From sequence record NC_048792.1: a stretch of 64,000 nucleotides of DNA. The stretch is one strand, 5' to 3'. The notes below the pieces were generated by a model that worked only from the letters and a program-made list of their open reading frames with translations, did not search any database and was not told where the DNA came from. Every line of letters starts with the position of its first letter. The first letter of the stretch is position 1. Shown in pieces: positions 28,631 to 38,771 of the stretch. A program made the translations under genes and the position numbers.

Positions 28631-29697
28631 GCATTGCTACATTAGAGAAATATAAAAAAGGTTTCCATGAATCTAAGCGATTTACCCCTTGGATGGTTAA
28701 CTTTGCCGAAGGTTTCATCGACCTATTCCTCGTAGCAGATGGGGAGTACTCTTATTTGTTGAGTAGTCGTTTTACGTTGCACGAGCTGAGTGGTCACATC
28801 TCCGACCAACCTGCGTTACTCGCAGCGGTCACTGCCATATGGCAATCAAACCCTAACCTGGTTCGCGTTGTACTGCGCGTTTGTGATCTTTTACAAAACG
28901 GTCACCGACTCGACGTACTGGAAGAGATCGATCCAAGTAAGGTTAAGTACGACCAGATGTCGGATGTAACCTATTACGAAGGTTACGATATCGTTAAACA
29001 GGGCGACGAGTGGCTGGCGGTCTATCGTTCGAGAGTCCATCCTAGCGATACTTACAGCACCTGGCAAAGTTTCGGGGAACGTACTCCGGTTAAGTTCCCA
29101 TACGACCCGCTGGATGAAGCGGAGAAGACTTACTACACGACCCCGTATATCCCACTTCCGTCTGGCGGTGAGGAACTGGAGTATACGGCCATTCCTAAAG
29201 GGACGGATGTTGATCTCTGGTTAGCTGAACAGGCAACTAAGTACTACTACGGCGTTAAGTATACCGAATACGGTAGTACTGTCTGTTTCCTTACTGCGGA
29301 ACAGGTGACTGCAATTGCTGAGTTATGGGTAGGTAAACTCTCCACTGATGCGTTGGTTAAATCGTTAGAAGCAAAAGATCCGATGCTAGCTCACCAGATC
29401 TTACAACTCTACGGTATGATCTACATTCCGTCTATCCATCTCCCGCCGCTCTACGTAGGTCACGTACATTCTCACCTGCCGGGTATCATGTCACCTGCGC
29501 CTAAGTACGACAGTTTTGTACTGGCTGTAGATCCAGATAAGGTTCCAGCCTTCCTGGATAAAATGGGTACGCGTTACGAGGCGTTCTTTGCTCGTGACGA
29601 AAAAGGAAACTACCAACCCGCTAAAGTCAAGCATTTCAAAATGACTGAGGTTGACATCGGTAGCCTGAAGTTGAAGACCTTCCCTTCTAAACTTTAA
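28627..29697 (+). CDS. hypothetical protein
   Basis: 356 aa, ATGA coupling. Confidence 0.8.
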   Translation: MSIATLEKYKKGFHESKRFTPWMVNFAEGFIDLFLVADGEYSYLLSSRFTLHELSGHISDQPALLAAVTAIWQSNPNLVRVVLRVCDLLQNGHRLDVLEEIDPSKVKYDQMSDVTYYEGYDIVKQGDEWLAVYRSRVHPSDTYSTWQSFGERTPVKFPYDPLDEAEKTYYTTPYIPLPSGGEELEYTAIPKGTDVDLWLAEQATKYYYGVKYTEYGSTVCFLTAEQVTAIAELWVGKLSTDALVKSLEAKDPMLAHQILQLYGMIYIPSIHLPPLYVGHVHSHLPGIMSPAPKYDSFVLAVDPDKVPAFLDKMGTRYEAFFARDEKGNYQPAKVKHFKMTEVDIGSLKLKTFPSKL

Positions 29698-29765
29698 AAC
29701 ATAGACGAGTAGGGGAAACCCTACTCGCTTTTAACGTATCGCCGACTACTATAGAGAGGTGTTAC

Positions 29766-30452
29766 ATGGAACAATTAATTGAGTTTGCTAAGACGTTCGC
29801 AATCGCTGCCCATTCTGCAATCGGGCAAAAGAGAAAGGGTAGCGACATCCCTTACTGGAGACATCCAGAGCAAGTCGCCAATATCGTAAGTCGTTACCAT
29901 CCGATTCCTTCGCTCATCGCGGCAGCGTGGCTCCACGACGTATTGGAGGATACTCAGTCGGAGAAGCGGGACATTGCTTATGCGTTCTTGAATTCAAGGA
30001 CGTTGCCGGATAAGGCAAGTAGTGAGATGACGATGGCTATGAAGATACTGACTGAACTTACCGATGAGTTCAAGGGTACTCCTGGCGTTAATCGTCTGTA
30101 CCGTGTTTCAGCAGAAATCCTTCGCCATTCTCGTTGCGACCTGGATGGATTTTGGGTCGTTAAGATTGGGGACGTACTCTCTAATCTTTCGTGTAAGGAT
30201 ACCGTAGATCTTTCTTTCCTTCCGGTGTTCTTGTCAGAGACGTATACGTTAATGACTATGGCGCCGGAGCGCATCAAGGCTTTACCTATTTATCTCGATC
30301 TCATGACCGAGTTCGATAAGTATGAAGAAGAGGTTCAATTCAAAGAATCGCTTCGAACCGCTACTTACCGTGTAGCGATAAAAACGCTTAACGCTAAATT
30401 CCCAAAACCTTTTACTCAGGAGCAACTCCGTGACTACTTCACTTCGAAATGA
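29766..30452 (+). CDS. HD-domain hydrolase (RelA/SpoT hydrolase or Mesh1-like)
   Basis: AHSAIGQKRKGSDIPYWRHP, AAWLHDVLEDT, VKIGDVLSNL. Confidence 0.88.
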   Translation: MEQLIEFAKTFAIAAHSAIGQKRKGSDIPYWRHPEQVANIVSRYHPIPSLIAAAWLHDVLEDTQSEKRDIAYAFLNSRTLPDKASSEMTMAMKILTELTDEFKGTPGVNRLYRVSAEILRHSRCDLDGFWVVKIGDVLSNLSCKDTVDLSFLPVFLSETYTLMTMAPERIKALPIYLDLMTEFDKYEEEVQFKESLRTATYRVAIKTLNAKFPKPFTQEQLRDYFTSK

Positions 30453-30876
30453 TTTCCCACAAGTTCACTTTAACCTGCTGTCTTCTTACGGTCTGGCAGA
30501 AGCTTCGGTCGGCTTCATCGACGGTCAACTGAAACGTAACAACGGCTCTCTGATGGCGCTTAAAGCGAACATGGTAACTAACGTTGCCCGTGCGCTGTAT
30601 CACAGCGACTATCGCCAGGAACGTACCATCGGGGAAATCAAAGAGCAACTTCGCTCTATGAGTCTTTACGAGCTGGGTGTGTTGGGCTATGCGATGACTA
30701 TCGGGGAAGATAACTTCACCTTTGGTTATATCCAGAACGACGAAGCGCCAACTGCGACTACCGTTGCCGAGCTGCTGCGCGAAATCCAATCTGCGTTCAC
30801 CGAGCGCGGTAACACCGTAGCCGATAATATCCTGGCTGCACTCGTAACCGAATATGACAACAAGGCCCTCAACTGA
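30430..30876 (+). CDS. hypothetical protein
   Basis: Overlapping GTG start; start uncertain. Confidence 0.65.
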   Translation: MTTSLRNDFPQVHFNLLSSYGLAEASVGFIDGQLKRNNGSLMALKANMVTNVARALYHSDYRQERTIGEIKEQLRSMSLYELGVLGYAMTIGEDNFTFGYIQNDEAPTATTVAELLREIQSAFTERGNTVADNILAALVTEYDNKALN

Positions 30877-31226
30877 TGTCTACGCCATACGAGCAGTTAG
30901 TTGTAAACAGAGCGGCCGGGGTTTCTATCCGCTACTCCAACTTCAAGGACGACCAAAGCCTGGATCATTGCAAAATGGTAAACCGGGCTTACCATAGCTC
31001 GGATGAGGACATCGTTGTAGGTGACTTCAAAGAGGGTGATATTATCGTAGCGCTGAGTGTCAGGATGAATCAACCTGAACCAAAGAAGAACACTTGGAGC
31101 ACTCAGTACTACCGCACCTTTATGCTGCGTGTGTTCGCTAAAACAAACAGCGAAGCATTCAAAGCTGCAAACAAATATCTGGATGAACATCCGGAGCTGA
31201 TTAAAACCATCCCGCAAGGAGAGTAA
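30876..31226 (+). CDS. hypothetical protein
   Basis: TGATG coupling. Confidence 0.75.
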   Translation: MSTPYEQLVVNRAAGVSIRYSNFKDDQSLDHCKMVNRAYHSSDEDIVVGDFKEGDIIVALSVRMNQPEPKKNTWSTQYYRTFMLRVFAKTNSEAFKAANKYLDEHPELIKTIPQGE

Positions 31227-31227
31227 T

Positions 31228-31404
31228 ATGGACGAAGGCCAAGATACCAACTCAGGAATAATTTGGGGCGTTGGGTTAATCCTGGCGTCCTTATTCATCA
31301 TCTTTACTCTGGTCTGCGCTATAATCTGGAGAGCCGTTGGTTCCCTGGGCAGCGCAACCATCACATTCATCAAACGGGGTACTCGTTATGTACTACGACG
31401 GTAA
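31228..31404 (+). CDS. 58-aa single-TM peptide (not in ORF track)
   Basis: AGGAG RBS; IIWGVGLILASLFIIFTLVCAIIW segment. Confidence 0.6.
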   Translation: MDEGQDTNSGIIWGVGLILASLFIIFTLVCAIIWRAVGSLGSATITFIKRGTRYVLRR

Positions 31405-31705
31405 TGAGTTACGTGAGCGTTTCGTTGCTGATATCAAAAAGATCGCTGATGAAGTTCGTGAAGGGACAAGTCACGATAAAGTCGGCCAAGTAGTCAAAGA
31501 GCTACTTGAATACATGGACGGTACTCACAAGCTCAGTGTCAATCCGATGCTCCTCTACGTTGATGCCATGGAGCAAGATAAGATCAATAAGTTAATGATG
31601 GCTGGTGATCAGATTATTGAAGATCCTATCTGCATTAACACGGGCGAATATCTCGCCCCTCACTTTAAGGTGAAGCGCGATGACCCAAAGTCGATACACG
31701 AGTAA
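31388..31705 (+). CDS. hypothetical protein
   Basis: ATG 31388 with GGGG upstream preferred over the track start at 31337. Confidence 0.65.
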   Translation: MYYDGNELRERFVADIKKIADEVREGTSHDKVGQVVKELLEYMDGTHKLSVNPMLLYVDAMEQDKINKLMMAGDQIIEDPICINTGEYLAPHFKVKRDDPKSIHE

Positions 31706-32021
31706 AGACCTCAATATGGAAGTCTTTGCTCAGGAACTGGAGCAGGGCTATCTGCACGAAGATATAGCGTACCGCTACGATGTTCCGGTAAGCGACATTG
31801 AACGAATGCATACGCTCTTACGACTGACCGAGTATTCTGCCCGTACTGGGAATGCTATTTGCTTCCCGTTGCCATCGTTCGCATTTCCTGCCGATGAGTC
31901 TACTGCGGATCTTTTACGCTATACTCCACGCAGTCCAAGGATGGACTCGGTTAATTTGAATCTCACCATGGATGAAATCCTCGACGATCGTTGTCCAGGT
32001 GAGATCTATCTGGAGAAGTAA
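31680..32021 (+). CDS. HTH-motif protein, paralogue of 40398..40694
   Basis: LEQGYLHEDIAYRYDVPVSDIE. Confidence 0.6.
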   Translation: MTQSRYTSKDLNMEVFAQELEQGYLHEDIAYRYDVPVSDIERMHTLLRLTEYSARTGNAICFPLPSFAFPADESTADLLRYTPRSPRMDSVNLNLTMDEILDDRCPGEIYLEK

Positions 32022-32022
32022 A

Positions 32023-32481
32023 ATGAAATTTGCTTTCTACAAGGGTCAGCGGGGTAAGTTTACTAAGGCTAACCGCGCATTGACTTCAATGGCTAATATC
32101 AAGGTCGGTGTCTCTGCTAGTCTGGGTTTCAACAACGCAGTGATCTATACTGACGGCGGTACACTTAATGTCCTGATGCTTGGCGATCGGATGTTACGCA
32201 CCTCGGTGATTTATGTCAAGTCACTCAAACCGAAACGAATCCCTGACAAAGACGGGAATGTGACATTCACTTCGGTTAGTATCGATACGGATATCGTAGG
32301 TTACGGTGATCTTGGCCTGACTTCTGGTTTCCGTGTATTGGGTGAGCGTATCGTCAATGAGATTAATCGTGGTACCTTCGACGTGGCGAAACTTATTTAC
32401 TGTCGTGACCATGGTCACTCTACCGTAACTGAAGGCTTGGCTGAAACAGAGCCAGGCGAAGAGTTTTACGTTAAGGCGTAA
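32023..32481 (+). CDS. hypothetical protein
   Basis: GGAG RBS before ATG 32023. Confidence 0.75.
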   Translation: MKFAFYKGQRGKFTKANRALTSMANIKVGVSASLGFNNAVIYTDGGTLNVLMLGDRMLRTSVIYVKSLKPKRIPDKDGNVTFTSVSIDTDIVGYGDLGLTSGFRVLGERIVNEINRGTFDVAKLIYCRDHGHSTVTEGLAETEPGEEFYVKA

Positions 32482-32589
32482 TTAAATGTCAACTAACCAT
32501 TCTCGCCAGCGGGCGAATAGTTATTCCGAAAAACTACCTAGCCCTAGGGGATAGTCTTCTAGGGCTGATGGTTATTTGGAATATCAATA

Positions 32590-32835
32590 ATGTCAAATCG
32601 TACTCGTGCTTTCCGTCGTTACAAACGTGAACTTAAGAAACAAGCTGTTCGCCGCTATGGCGTTGCTGGTTACTGGTTCAATGGCGATAATCCCGTTAGT
32701 GACAAAGTCGTTATCGGTAAGGTTGCTACGACACCTAAAGCATGTAATTGCTGGATGTGCGCCAATCACGGTAAGGTATTCGGTGAGCGTTTCTCCGATA
32801 CTCGTCGTAAGTTGAAGCACACCGGCGGTGAGTAA
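32590..32835 (+). CDS. small basic CxCxxC (putative Zn-binding) phage protein
   Basis: Arg-rich N-terminus; TPKACNCWMCAN. Confidence 0.75.
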   Translation: MSNRTRAFRRYKRELKKQAVRRYGVAGYWFNGDNPVSDKVVIGKVATTPKACNCWMCANHGKVFGERFSDTRRKLKHTGGE

Positions 32836-32884
32836 TCATAACGGCTAGGGGAAATCCCCTAGCCTATTTCTGGAGTTATACAAG

Positions 32885-33190
32885 ATGGTCATGATGTCTT
32901 TACCTACCGCAATCGTTGCTGCAAGTGACATGGAAGAAACCTTTGGTGAAACCGTTACTCATGGCGGCTTCTCCGATAACGGTATGTTCCTTCTGTCTAA
33001 CGACGGTAAGTTCCGTAACATCGTAGGGAGTAGTGATGACGGACGTAAACTCTGGGATGAGTTAACTAAAGCTCGTACTATGGGTAAACCTATCCTCTGG
33101 GGCACTGGCTTCTTCAGTGAGGATCTGGTACTGAAAGGGTTCGGTGAGGAACTCGATAAGTCTTACCGTAAAAGTTACCAAATGAAATAA
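32885..33190 (+). CDS. hypothetical protein
   Basis: GGAG RBS. Confidence 0.7.
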   Translation: MVMMSLPTAIVAASDMEETFGETVTHGGFSDNGMFLLSNDGKFRNIVGSSDDGRKLWDELTKARTMGKPILWGTGFFSEDLVLKGFGEELDKSYRKSYQMK

Positions 33191-33199
33191 ATCTCACAT

Positions 33200-33216
33200 C
33201 TATATCACTCTATTGA
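33200..33216 (+). promoter_or_regulatory. phiKZ-type early promoter (class I)
   Basis: CTATATCAC-tcta-TTGA. Confidence 0.75.
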
Positions 33217-33283
33217 TAACGAATCAAATAAATGTTTTCGTTATCAATAACCATTCATTCAAACTGCAAAATAGGAGACTAAC

Positions 33284-33631
33284 ATGTCTAATGCAAACCA
33301 AACTAAAACCACCTTCTCTCTCGCTGATATCGAAGCTCAAGTCATGGAACTCGAAGGTATCCGTATCGTCTTCCACGCTCCAGCTCGCTTGAAACTTACC
33401 GGCGTTTCCTACGCTGATAAATACAGCAACAAAGTTGCCCATAACGGTAATGCGACTTTGCTCATCAACCGCGTGAAAGCAGTTATCAAAGGCGCTGTGA
33501 ACGGTAACCAGCGCGGCTGGCTTTCCACCTACCCAATCACCGAAATCGATTTCGTTATCGTCGACGGTACCGGTAACGTACCTAACGGCGGCACGCACAT
33601 CAAAACCATCCGTGATTCTTACTCTAAGTAA
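33284..33631 (+). CDS. monocistronic early protein
   Basis: AGGAG RBS; own promoter and terminator (AAAGGGGC-ttcg-GCTCCTTT). Confidence 0.8.
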   Translation: MSNANQTKTTFSLADIEAQVMELEGIRIVFHAPARLKLTGVSYADKYSNKVAHNGNATLLINRVKAVIKGAVNGNQRGWLSTYPITEIDFVIVDGTGNVPNGGTHIKTIRDSYSK

Positions 33632-33690
33632 TAATCAATAAATAAAGGGGCTTCGGCTCCTTTATTTTTTTGTTCAATTTGGAGATACTC

Positions 33691-34125
33691 ATGACTTTAG
33701 CAAATGAACCGGCTGGGGAAGTTGTACTCATCAGCTGCAAGGTTAAGTCTCTCGGACTAGAGTTCATCTCCGAGTTGACTTACAAAATGGAAGAAGACGT
33801 TTCAGTTATCGCCGGGCAATCTGTTCAGCGTTTATTGAACGAGGTACGTAAGTTAGCTGCTAGCGTTAACAAACGAACTTTCTTTCTGATCTACCCATGG
33901 GAGTTCCTGAAGGTTTCTTGCGAATCAGATATCGATTATATCTCCTTATTCGAGGAGGCTATAAAAGATACTCTGGTTACCCTCTTGATCTTCCACAAAC
34001 CGTCCACATTCAAATATAACGACGGTACCCATCCAAAGTTACGGGGTAAAATTAAAACCTCGTACAGGCTATCTAAGACAGAATTCTCACGCACCATCGT
34101 AAAGGTAAAAGGAAAATTATGTTGA
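33691..34125 (+). CDS. hypothetical protein
   Basis: GGAG RBS before ATG 33691. Confidence 0.7.
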   Translation: MTLANEPAGEVVLISCKVKSLGLEFISELTYKMEEDVSVIAGQSVQRLLNEVRKLAASVNKRTFFLIYPWEFLKVSCESDIDYISLFEEAIKDTLVTLLIFHKPSTFKYNDGTHPKLRGKIKTSYRLSKTEFSRTIVKVKGKLC

Positions 34126-34487
34126 CTCGCTATGAACGTATTGAGTTTCTCCTTAAGTCAACGGGCTCGGATATTAAGGTAGTTCGCCGGAACCTACCAA
34201 AGATCAGCGATCAGCTTCGTAAGAAGTGGAATACTCGCGGTCTGATATTTGATGCCATTGATTCTAATGGCCGTGCATTAGAGATGCGCCTGCTTCTTAT
34301 CTACTTCAGAATCCCTGAAGGTAAGCTGTTGAAGTTAAACTGGCGTAAGTTTAAGAAATCTGTATCCAAGGAACTAGGTCAGGAATTCGTCCAATGTTTC
34401 AATCGCCCCAAACCGCATTGGATCGTTTCAAAGATCTCTGAGGATCGCGACTACTTTAATGTCTGGGTTTCAGATAAAAAACCATAG
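34119..34487 (+). CDS. hypothetical basic protein
   Basis: AAGGA RBS; overlapping start. Confidence 0.7.
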   Translation: MLTRYERIEFLLKSTGSDIKVVRRNLPKISDQLRKKWNTRGLIFDAIDSNGRALEMRLLLIYFRIPEGKLLKLNWRKFKKSVSKELGQEFVQCFNRPKPHWIVSKISEDRDYFNVWVSDKKP

Positions 34488-34507
34488 TGCCTCCGAAAGG
34501 ACGGCAC

Positions 34508-34539
34508 AAAAGAAAGGGCCGAAGCCCTTTCTTTTTTTT
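34508..34539. terminator. bidirectional terminator
   Basis: AAAAGAAAGGGC-cgaa-GCCCTTTCTTTT with A and T tracts on each side, between convergent genes. Confidence 0.85.
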
Positions 34540-34553
34540 GCTTTTTTGATGAC

Positions 34554-35825
34554 TTAGTCGATGCACTTCTCGATCAGGTCAAGTTCTGCGTTAGCCACTT
34601 TGAAGAAGTGACTGGTGTACGCAGCTACCGGGCCGGTGTAGCAACGAGTGTACATGCGAGACATGGAGTTAACCAGAGCCCACATGGAACGAGTGTCTTC
34701 GCCTTCCAGGATCCAGGTGATAACACCAGACAGTTCAGCAGATGCCCAGTCGATGTTTGCCATGGCGTTGGTTTTGGAGAAGGTTGCCAGGGTACCTGAT
34801 GCAGTTTTCAGTTTACGGATGATGCCAGTTGCACTGGACTTATCCATGCCCTTGAACTTAACGGCGGAAGAGTGGTCGTTACTGGCCGGTCCGATATCAA
34901 CCAGAGTCTTCTTAGCTGCGTTAGGGATCTGGTTAGCTTCAGTTACCTGAGTACCGAAGTTAGAACCCACGTAGAAAGAACCCAGCTCTTTGGAGTTTTC
35001 ACCGTACAGGCCTTTGGCTTGTTTCTGGAAGTCGTTGAACAACTTAACCAGTTTGCCACGCAGGTCATCGCGCAGACGGTCATTGTCTTTACCGCGACCA
35101 GAGTTACGAGCAGCCTGGACTACTACTTCCAGGAATTTGTCGTATTCACCAGCGGTCAGTTTGGACAGACCTACACCTTTACCCTGGACATCCCGGATGA
35201 AGGTTTCCACAGCAGAGTTCAGGGCAGCGGCGTTATCGATCTGATCATTACCTACGGTCAGGGCGCGTTTAGCCAGAGCTTTAGGAACGTCGACTTCTTC
35301 TTTGAATTCGCCGGAACCTACTTTACTTTCTACTTCCTGAATACGTTTCTTCAGAGCGCCCAGGCGAGTGAAGGTTGATTTCATAAAGTCGGTGAAGGCA
35401 TCTTTCGCAGATTCTACCAGATCACCAACGGCGCCGACCAGGGCTTTGATTTTGTCCTGGAAGCCTTCCAGGGAAACGGTGGAGTCTACATACGCTTCCA
35501 TCGAAGGCATGACTTCTTCCACTTCGATACCGGTGCCGTCCAGGTTAGCGGCGGTCGCTTGTTCGATCAGCGCAACTTCGTTGATCGGGGTATTTTGGTT
35601 TGGGTTGATTTCGCTTTCGATGAACTCGCACATGTCGGTCATGCGATCGGCGCGGTCGGTCAGATTCTCTGACTCATCCAGGCGGTCAGCGATACCGTTG
35701 CGGCCTTCTTCCAATTCAACTGCCAGTTCGGCGTCATCGACATAATCAGGGATGTCGATTGATTCAAACGCTGGGCAGGAGAATTCTTCGCGTTTCTGTT
35801 GGATGATATTCCGGGTGTGTTTCAT
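34554..35825 (-). CDS. phiKZ-like internal head (inner body) protein
   Basis: Acidic propeptide followed by PSMEAY...VSLEGF (S-X-E cleavage motifs of the gp175-type protease). Confidence 0.8.
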   Translation of the reverse strand: MKHTRNIIQQKREEFSCPAFESIDIPDYVDDAELAVELEEGRNGIADRLDESENLTDRADRMTDMCEFIESEINPNQNTPINEVALIEQATAANLDGTGIEVEEVMPSMEAYVDSTVSLEGFQDKIKALVGAVGDLVESAKDAFTDFMKSTFTRLGALKKRIQEVESKVGSGEFKEEVDVPKALAKRALTVGNDQIDNAAALNSAVETFIRDVQGKGVGLSKLTAGEYDKFLEVVVQAARNSGRGKDNDRLRDDLRGKLVKLFNDFQKQAKGLYGENSKELGSFYVGSNFGTQVTEANQIPNAAKKTLVDIGPASNDHSSAVKFKGMDKSSATGIIRKLKTASGTLATFSKTNAMANIDWASAELSGVITWILEGEDTRSMWALVNSMSRMYTRCYTGPVAAYTSHFFKVANAELDLIEKCID

Positions 35826-35878
35826 GGTAGTCTCTAGTCCTTGGATACGGATAAAAAGGCCGGTAAACCGGCCATTTG

Positions 35879-38056
35879 TTAAATTTGCCTCATATAGATA
35901 CTGTTGATCCGATGAGCCATGTTCATTGGTGCCCGAGTAACGTCAATCATGAACGCTGCATGGGTCGCCCAGTCAGGAATCGTGGTAAAGGAAAGTGGCT
36001 GTCCGTCGTAACCTTGGATGTTAAGCGGAGTCTCGTAAGTCTTGATCGAGGACCCTGGTCCGTTCAACTGAAGGTCGTAACCGCCACCAAATACCGACTT
36101 GTAAACGATAGGTGAACGCTCATCGTCTGGACCGAAGAACTCAGCTGCCATGTAGACTACGCGAATACTAATCGTACCCGAAGATGCCCAACTACTTAAG
36201 TTGACTCGAGCGATTACCGGACCGTTACCTTTGAGAGGCATAGAACCGATATACAGTTGATACTTACCATCTTTAGGTACGGTGTTAGTACCGACTTGCA
36301 TGTAACCGTTAAGGCGCTGGATGGAGAAGTTAGTAGACGAGGCAGTACCCCAGCCCACTCGGTTCTTACGAATCTCACAACCCGTACCGCCAGGAGATGG
36401 GATCCAAACTTCGTGTGCGTAGTGAGATACATCGCTAAAGATCTCTGAACGAATGTAGTTCTCTTCAGGGACTTCAGGTTGAATCGAAGTCAATGCCAAC
36501 GGCGGGCCGTTCTGCGGCAACTTACTATCACGGAAGGTAACTGTACCTTTACCCGATACCCAACCAGTAATTGCAGGGTCGTCGTTGCTGATACCCAAAT
36601 TACTGAAGTAACATTTATCGAACGACATCGCACAGCGATCACCCGCAAAGAAGACGTTACTCTTAGCCTTCGTATTGGATGCACGGAAAATGAAGTTAAC
36701 GCCGTTGAACGCGATATTGGCATTGAGTCCGTCTTTCACTTCGAAAGCATACTCGTAAGGACCTTCGCCTTCGAACCAGCCATCATTAAAGATCAAACGA
36801 GCCGAACCACTGTCTACTAAGACGTAACGGTTGTACGCATAGTCGAAGGAACAGTTGTCAAAGATCGTGTGTGCTTTGTTAACGTTGATGAAGTAATTCG
36901 ACTGGGAGAAGATACAGGAGATGAAGTGGATCTGTTCCCCGGAGTTAGTCATTGCAGCATTGTTGGTGTAGCAGATGTTACAATGGTTAAACTGGTAGTT
37001 GAAGAACTTGACGTAGTACGTATTGGAGTTATAGGTAAACCCAGTGGAGAAAAGATCACAACCGCCACCCATAAAGCACATGGAGTTCTGTGCCCAGAAA
37101 TAAGCGAAGGTGTCGTTCATCCCCATGAAGTGCACGTACTTATCCATCCCAGGACCGACCGCACGGAGATTACGACACTCCATGGTACCTTGGGTATAAC
37201 CACGCAAGTTAACCCAGCTAATGCCGTATACAGGTGCAGCTGCAGTACCTGGGGTCATCATGGTAAAGTCGAGGATGGCTCCAGAGAAATCGTAATCGAT
37301 TGTCTTAGTCTGAAGCGTAATCGTAGTCTTGATAAAGTACCGACCAGGATTACATTCCATCTTAATGTTACCGTTAATCGAACGAGTCGTATCGTTAGTA
37401 AACGGAACAGTCTCAGACCACTTGGACATCCGGGTAAATGCAGGGCCAGAGTCGATGCTGTTGTCGTTAGGCGTCGCGCCCCAGAACGTAGGGTTGATTA
37501 CACCGGCGTTGTCGAATACACGTTTCCACCGACTACCATCTGTGGCAACAATAGTTGCACCACCGTCATCGGTAGAAGTTTTGTCCGCCTTAATAAAGGC
37601 AAACTTACCGCCACCGATACCTGAACCTGCACGATAACTTTTAACTTCAATAACTTCGTTATCGAAAATAGGTTTAGTAGTACGAAGATCAGAGACGCTC
37701 TCAACCGTACGTAATACTTTAGCGTACTGGAGTGCTTCGTTGGTGATGAGACGTTTAATCTTACCCTGTTCGTTCAGTGTAGCTACTGCACCGGCATCGT
37801 TACGAGTATATTCGTTAACGTAGAAGTGGCGACTGTCTTCGTAAGTAAAGAAAATATCGCCGACTTTAGTTGCTGCGATCCCTTTCTCAAGAGAATCAAA
37901 CGCAGAATGATAATCAAGTTGTTTACGCAGATCGTTCAAGTCCAATACTGCGGTTTCCAATACACCTTGTTCATTCACCGTGTTGAATGGGAAATAGTCG
38001 TTTTCTTTTGGCGTAGACGACGAAGGTAATTGAGATATCTTTTGGCCATTAATCAT
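35879..38056 (-). CDS. tailspike/tail fibre with predicted beta-helix (putative depolymerase)
   Basis: KISQLP N-terminus; GGGKF...TDDGGATIV..DGSRWKR head; FWGATPND; Asn/Phe/Cys-laddered core. Confidence 0.8.
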   Translation of the reverse strand: MINGQKISQLPSSSTPKENDYFPFNTVNEQGVLETAVLDLNDLRKQLDYHSAFDSLEKGIAATKVGDIFFTYEDSRHFYVNEYTRNDAGAVATLNEQGKIKRLITNEALQYAKVLRTVESVSDLRTTKPIFDNEVIEVKSYRAGSGIGGGKFAFIKADKTSTDDGGATIVATDGSRWKRVFDNAGVINPTFWGATPNDNSIDSGPAFTRMSKWSETVPFTNDTTRSINGNIKMECNPGRYFIKTTITLQTKTIDYDFSGAILDFTMMTPGTAAAPVYGISWVNLRGYTQGTMECRNLRAVGPGMDKYVHFMGMNDTFAYFWAQNSMCFMGGGCDLFSTGFTYNSNTYYVKFFNYQFNHCNICYTNNAAMTNSGEQIHFISCIFSQSNYFINVNKAHTIFDNCSFDYAYNRYVLVDSGSARLIFNDGWFEGEGPYEYAFEVKDGLNANIAFNGVNFIFRASNTKAKSNVFFAGDRCAMSFDKCYFSNLGISNDDPAITGWVSGKGTVTFRDSKLPQNGPPLALTSIQPEVPEENYIRSEIFSDVSHYAHEVWIPSPGGTGCEIRKNRVGWGTASSTNFSIQRLNGYMQVGTNTVPKDGKYQLYIGSMPLKGNGPVIARVNLSSWASSGTISIRVVYMAAEFFGPDDERSPIVYKSVFGGGYDLQLNGPGSSIKTYETPLNIQGYDGQPLSFTTIPDWATHAAFMIDVTRAPMNMAHRINSIYMRQI

Positions 38057-38136
38057 GAGATAACCTTATCTGTATTTGGTCAATTCATAGGAAGTTGCAT
38101 AATAGAGTAGAGCGGTCACCCGCTCTACTCGTATGA

Positions 38137-38679
38137 CTATCGGTCAGTTTTGAATGGGTTGAATTGAACCGCTAACTGATACGTATCGAAGTTCTCGGTT
38201 TTCAACTTCCAACCCAAGTAGATCTTGATACGTTTACCTTTAATGAAGCTAGGGCCCATGTAATAAATCATCCAGTAGTGGTCTTTGTAGATCCCTGTCT
38301 GATTGTTCCAGGCCGGACCTTTTACCGTCGGTTTGACTGAAGACTTAGGTGCGCCCAAGAACCGGATACTGAAGTTATAGAGCGGGTTCCGATAAAGCCA
38401 AAGGACTCGGCAAATGTACTGCGCTGTTTTTGGAGGTAGGTTCTTTCTCCAGAGCGTATGCTCTGTCTTCCAGCCGTTATCGCCATCCAGATCGTTATCT
38501 GGCATCATGAACCAATCGAGCCATTTAGGAAGTCGCGCATCCTTAGTCGCAAAGATTGGAAGGAATGGCGTCACTACTGCGGCAACTGCCAAAGCCAGTA
38601 GATATAGAACAAACAACAAACACCAATGGATAAATCCCTTCAAGGGAACGGGTGTGCTGAACACCGTAATAGTTTTCAT
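38137..38679 (-). CDS. conserved phage membrane-associated protein
   Basis: N-terminal TM; LPKWLDWF..PDNDLDGD..W...WLYRNP. Confidence 0.75.
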   Translation of the reverse strand: MKTITVFSTPVPLKGFIHWCLLFVLYLLALAVAAVVTPFLPIFATKDARLPKWLDWFMMPDNDLDGDNGWKTEHTLWRKNLPPKTAQYICRVLWLYRNPLYNFSIRFLGAPKSSVKPTVKGPAWNNQTGIYKDHYWMIYYMGPSFIKGKRIKIYLGWKLKTENFDTYQLAVQFNPFKTDR

Positions 38680-38724
38680 CTTTAGTCACTCTAGGTTAAA
38701 GGTCATATCAAACTTAATTTACGC

Positions 38725-38741
38725 CTATATCACAATTATGA
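38725..38741 (+). promoter_or_regulatory. phiKZ-type early promoter (class I)
   Basis: CTATATCAC-aatt-ATGA. Confidence 0.7.
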
Positions 38742-38771
38742 ATAGGATAAATTAATCTGAGGGCTTTATAC

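Noticed and set aside
36869-37624. 251-aa + strand ORF inside the tailspike gene
   Set aside because: Antisense shadow with no independent signals
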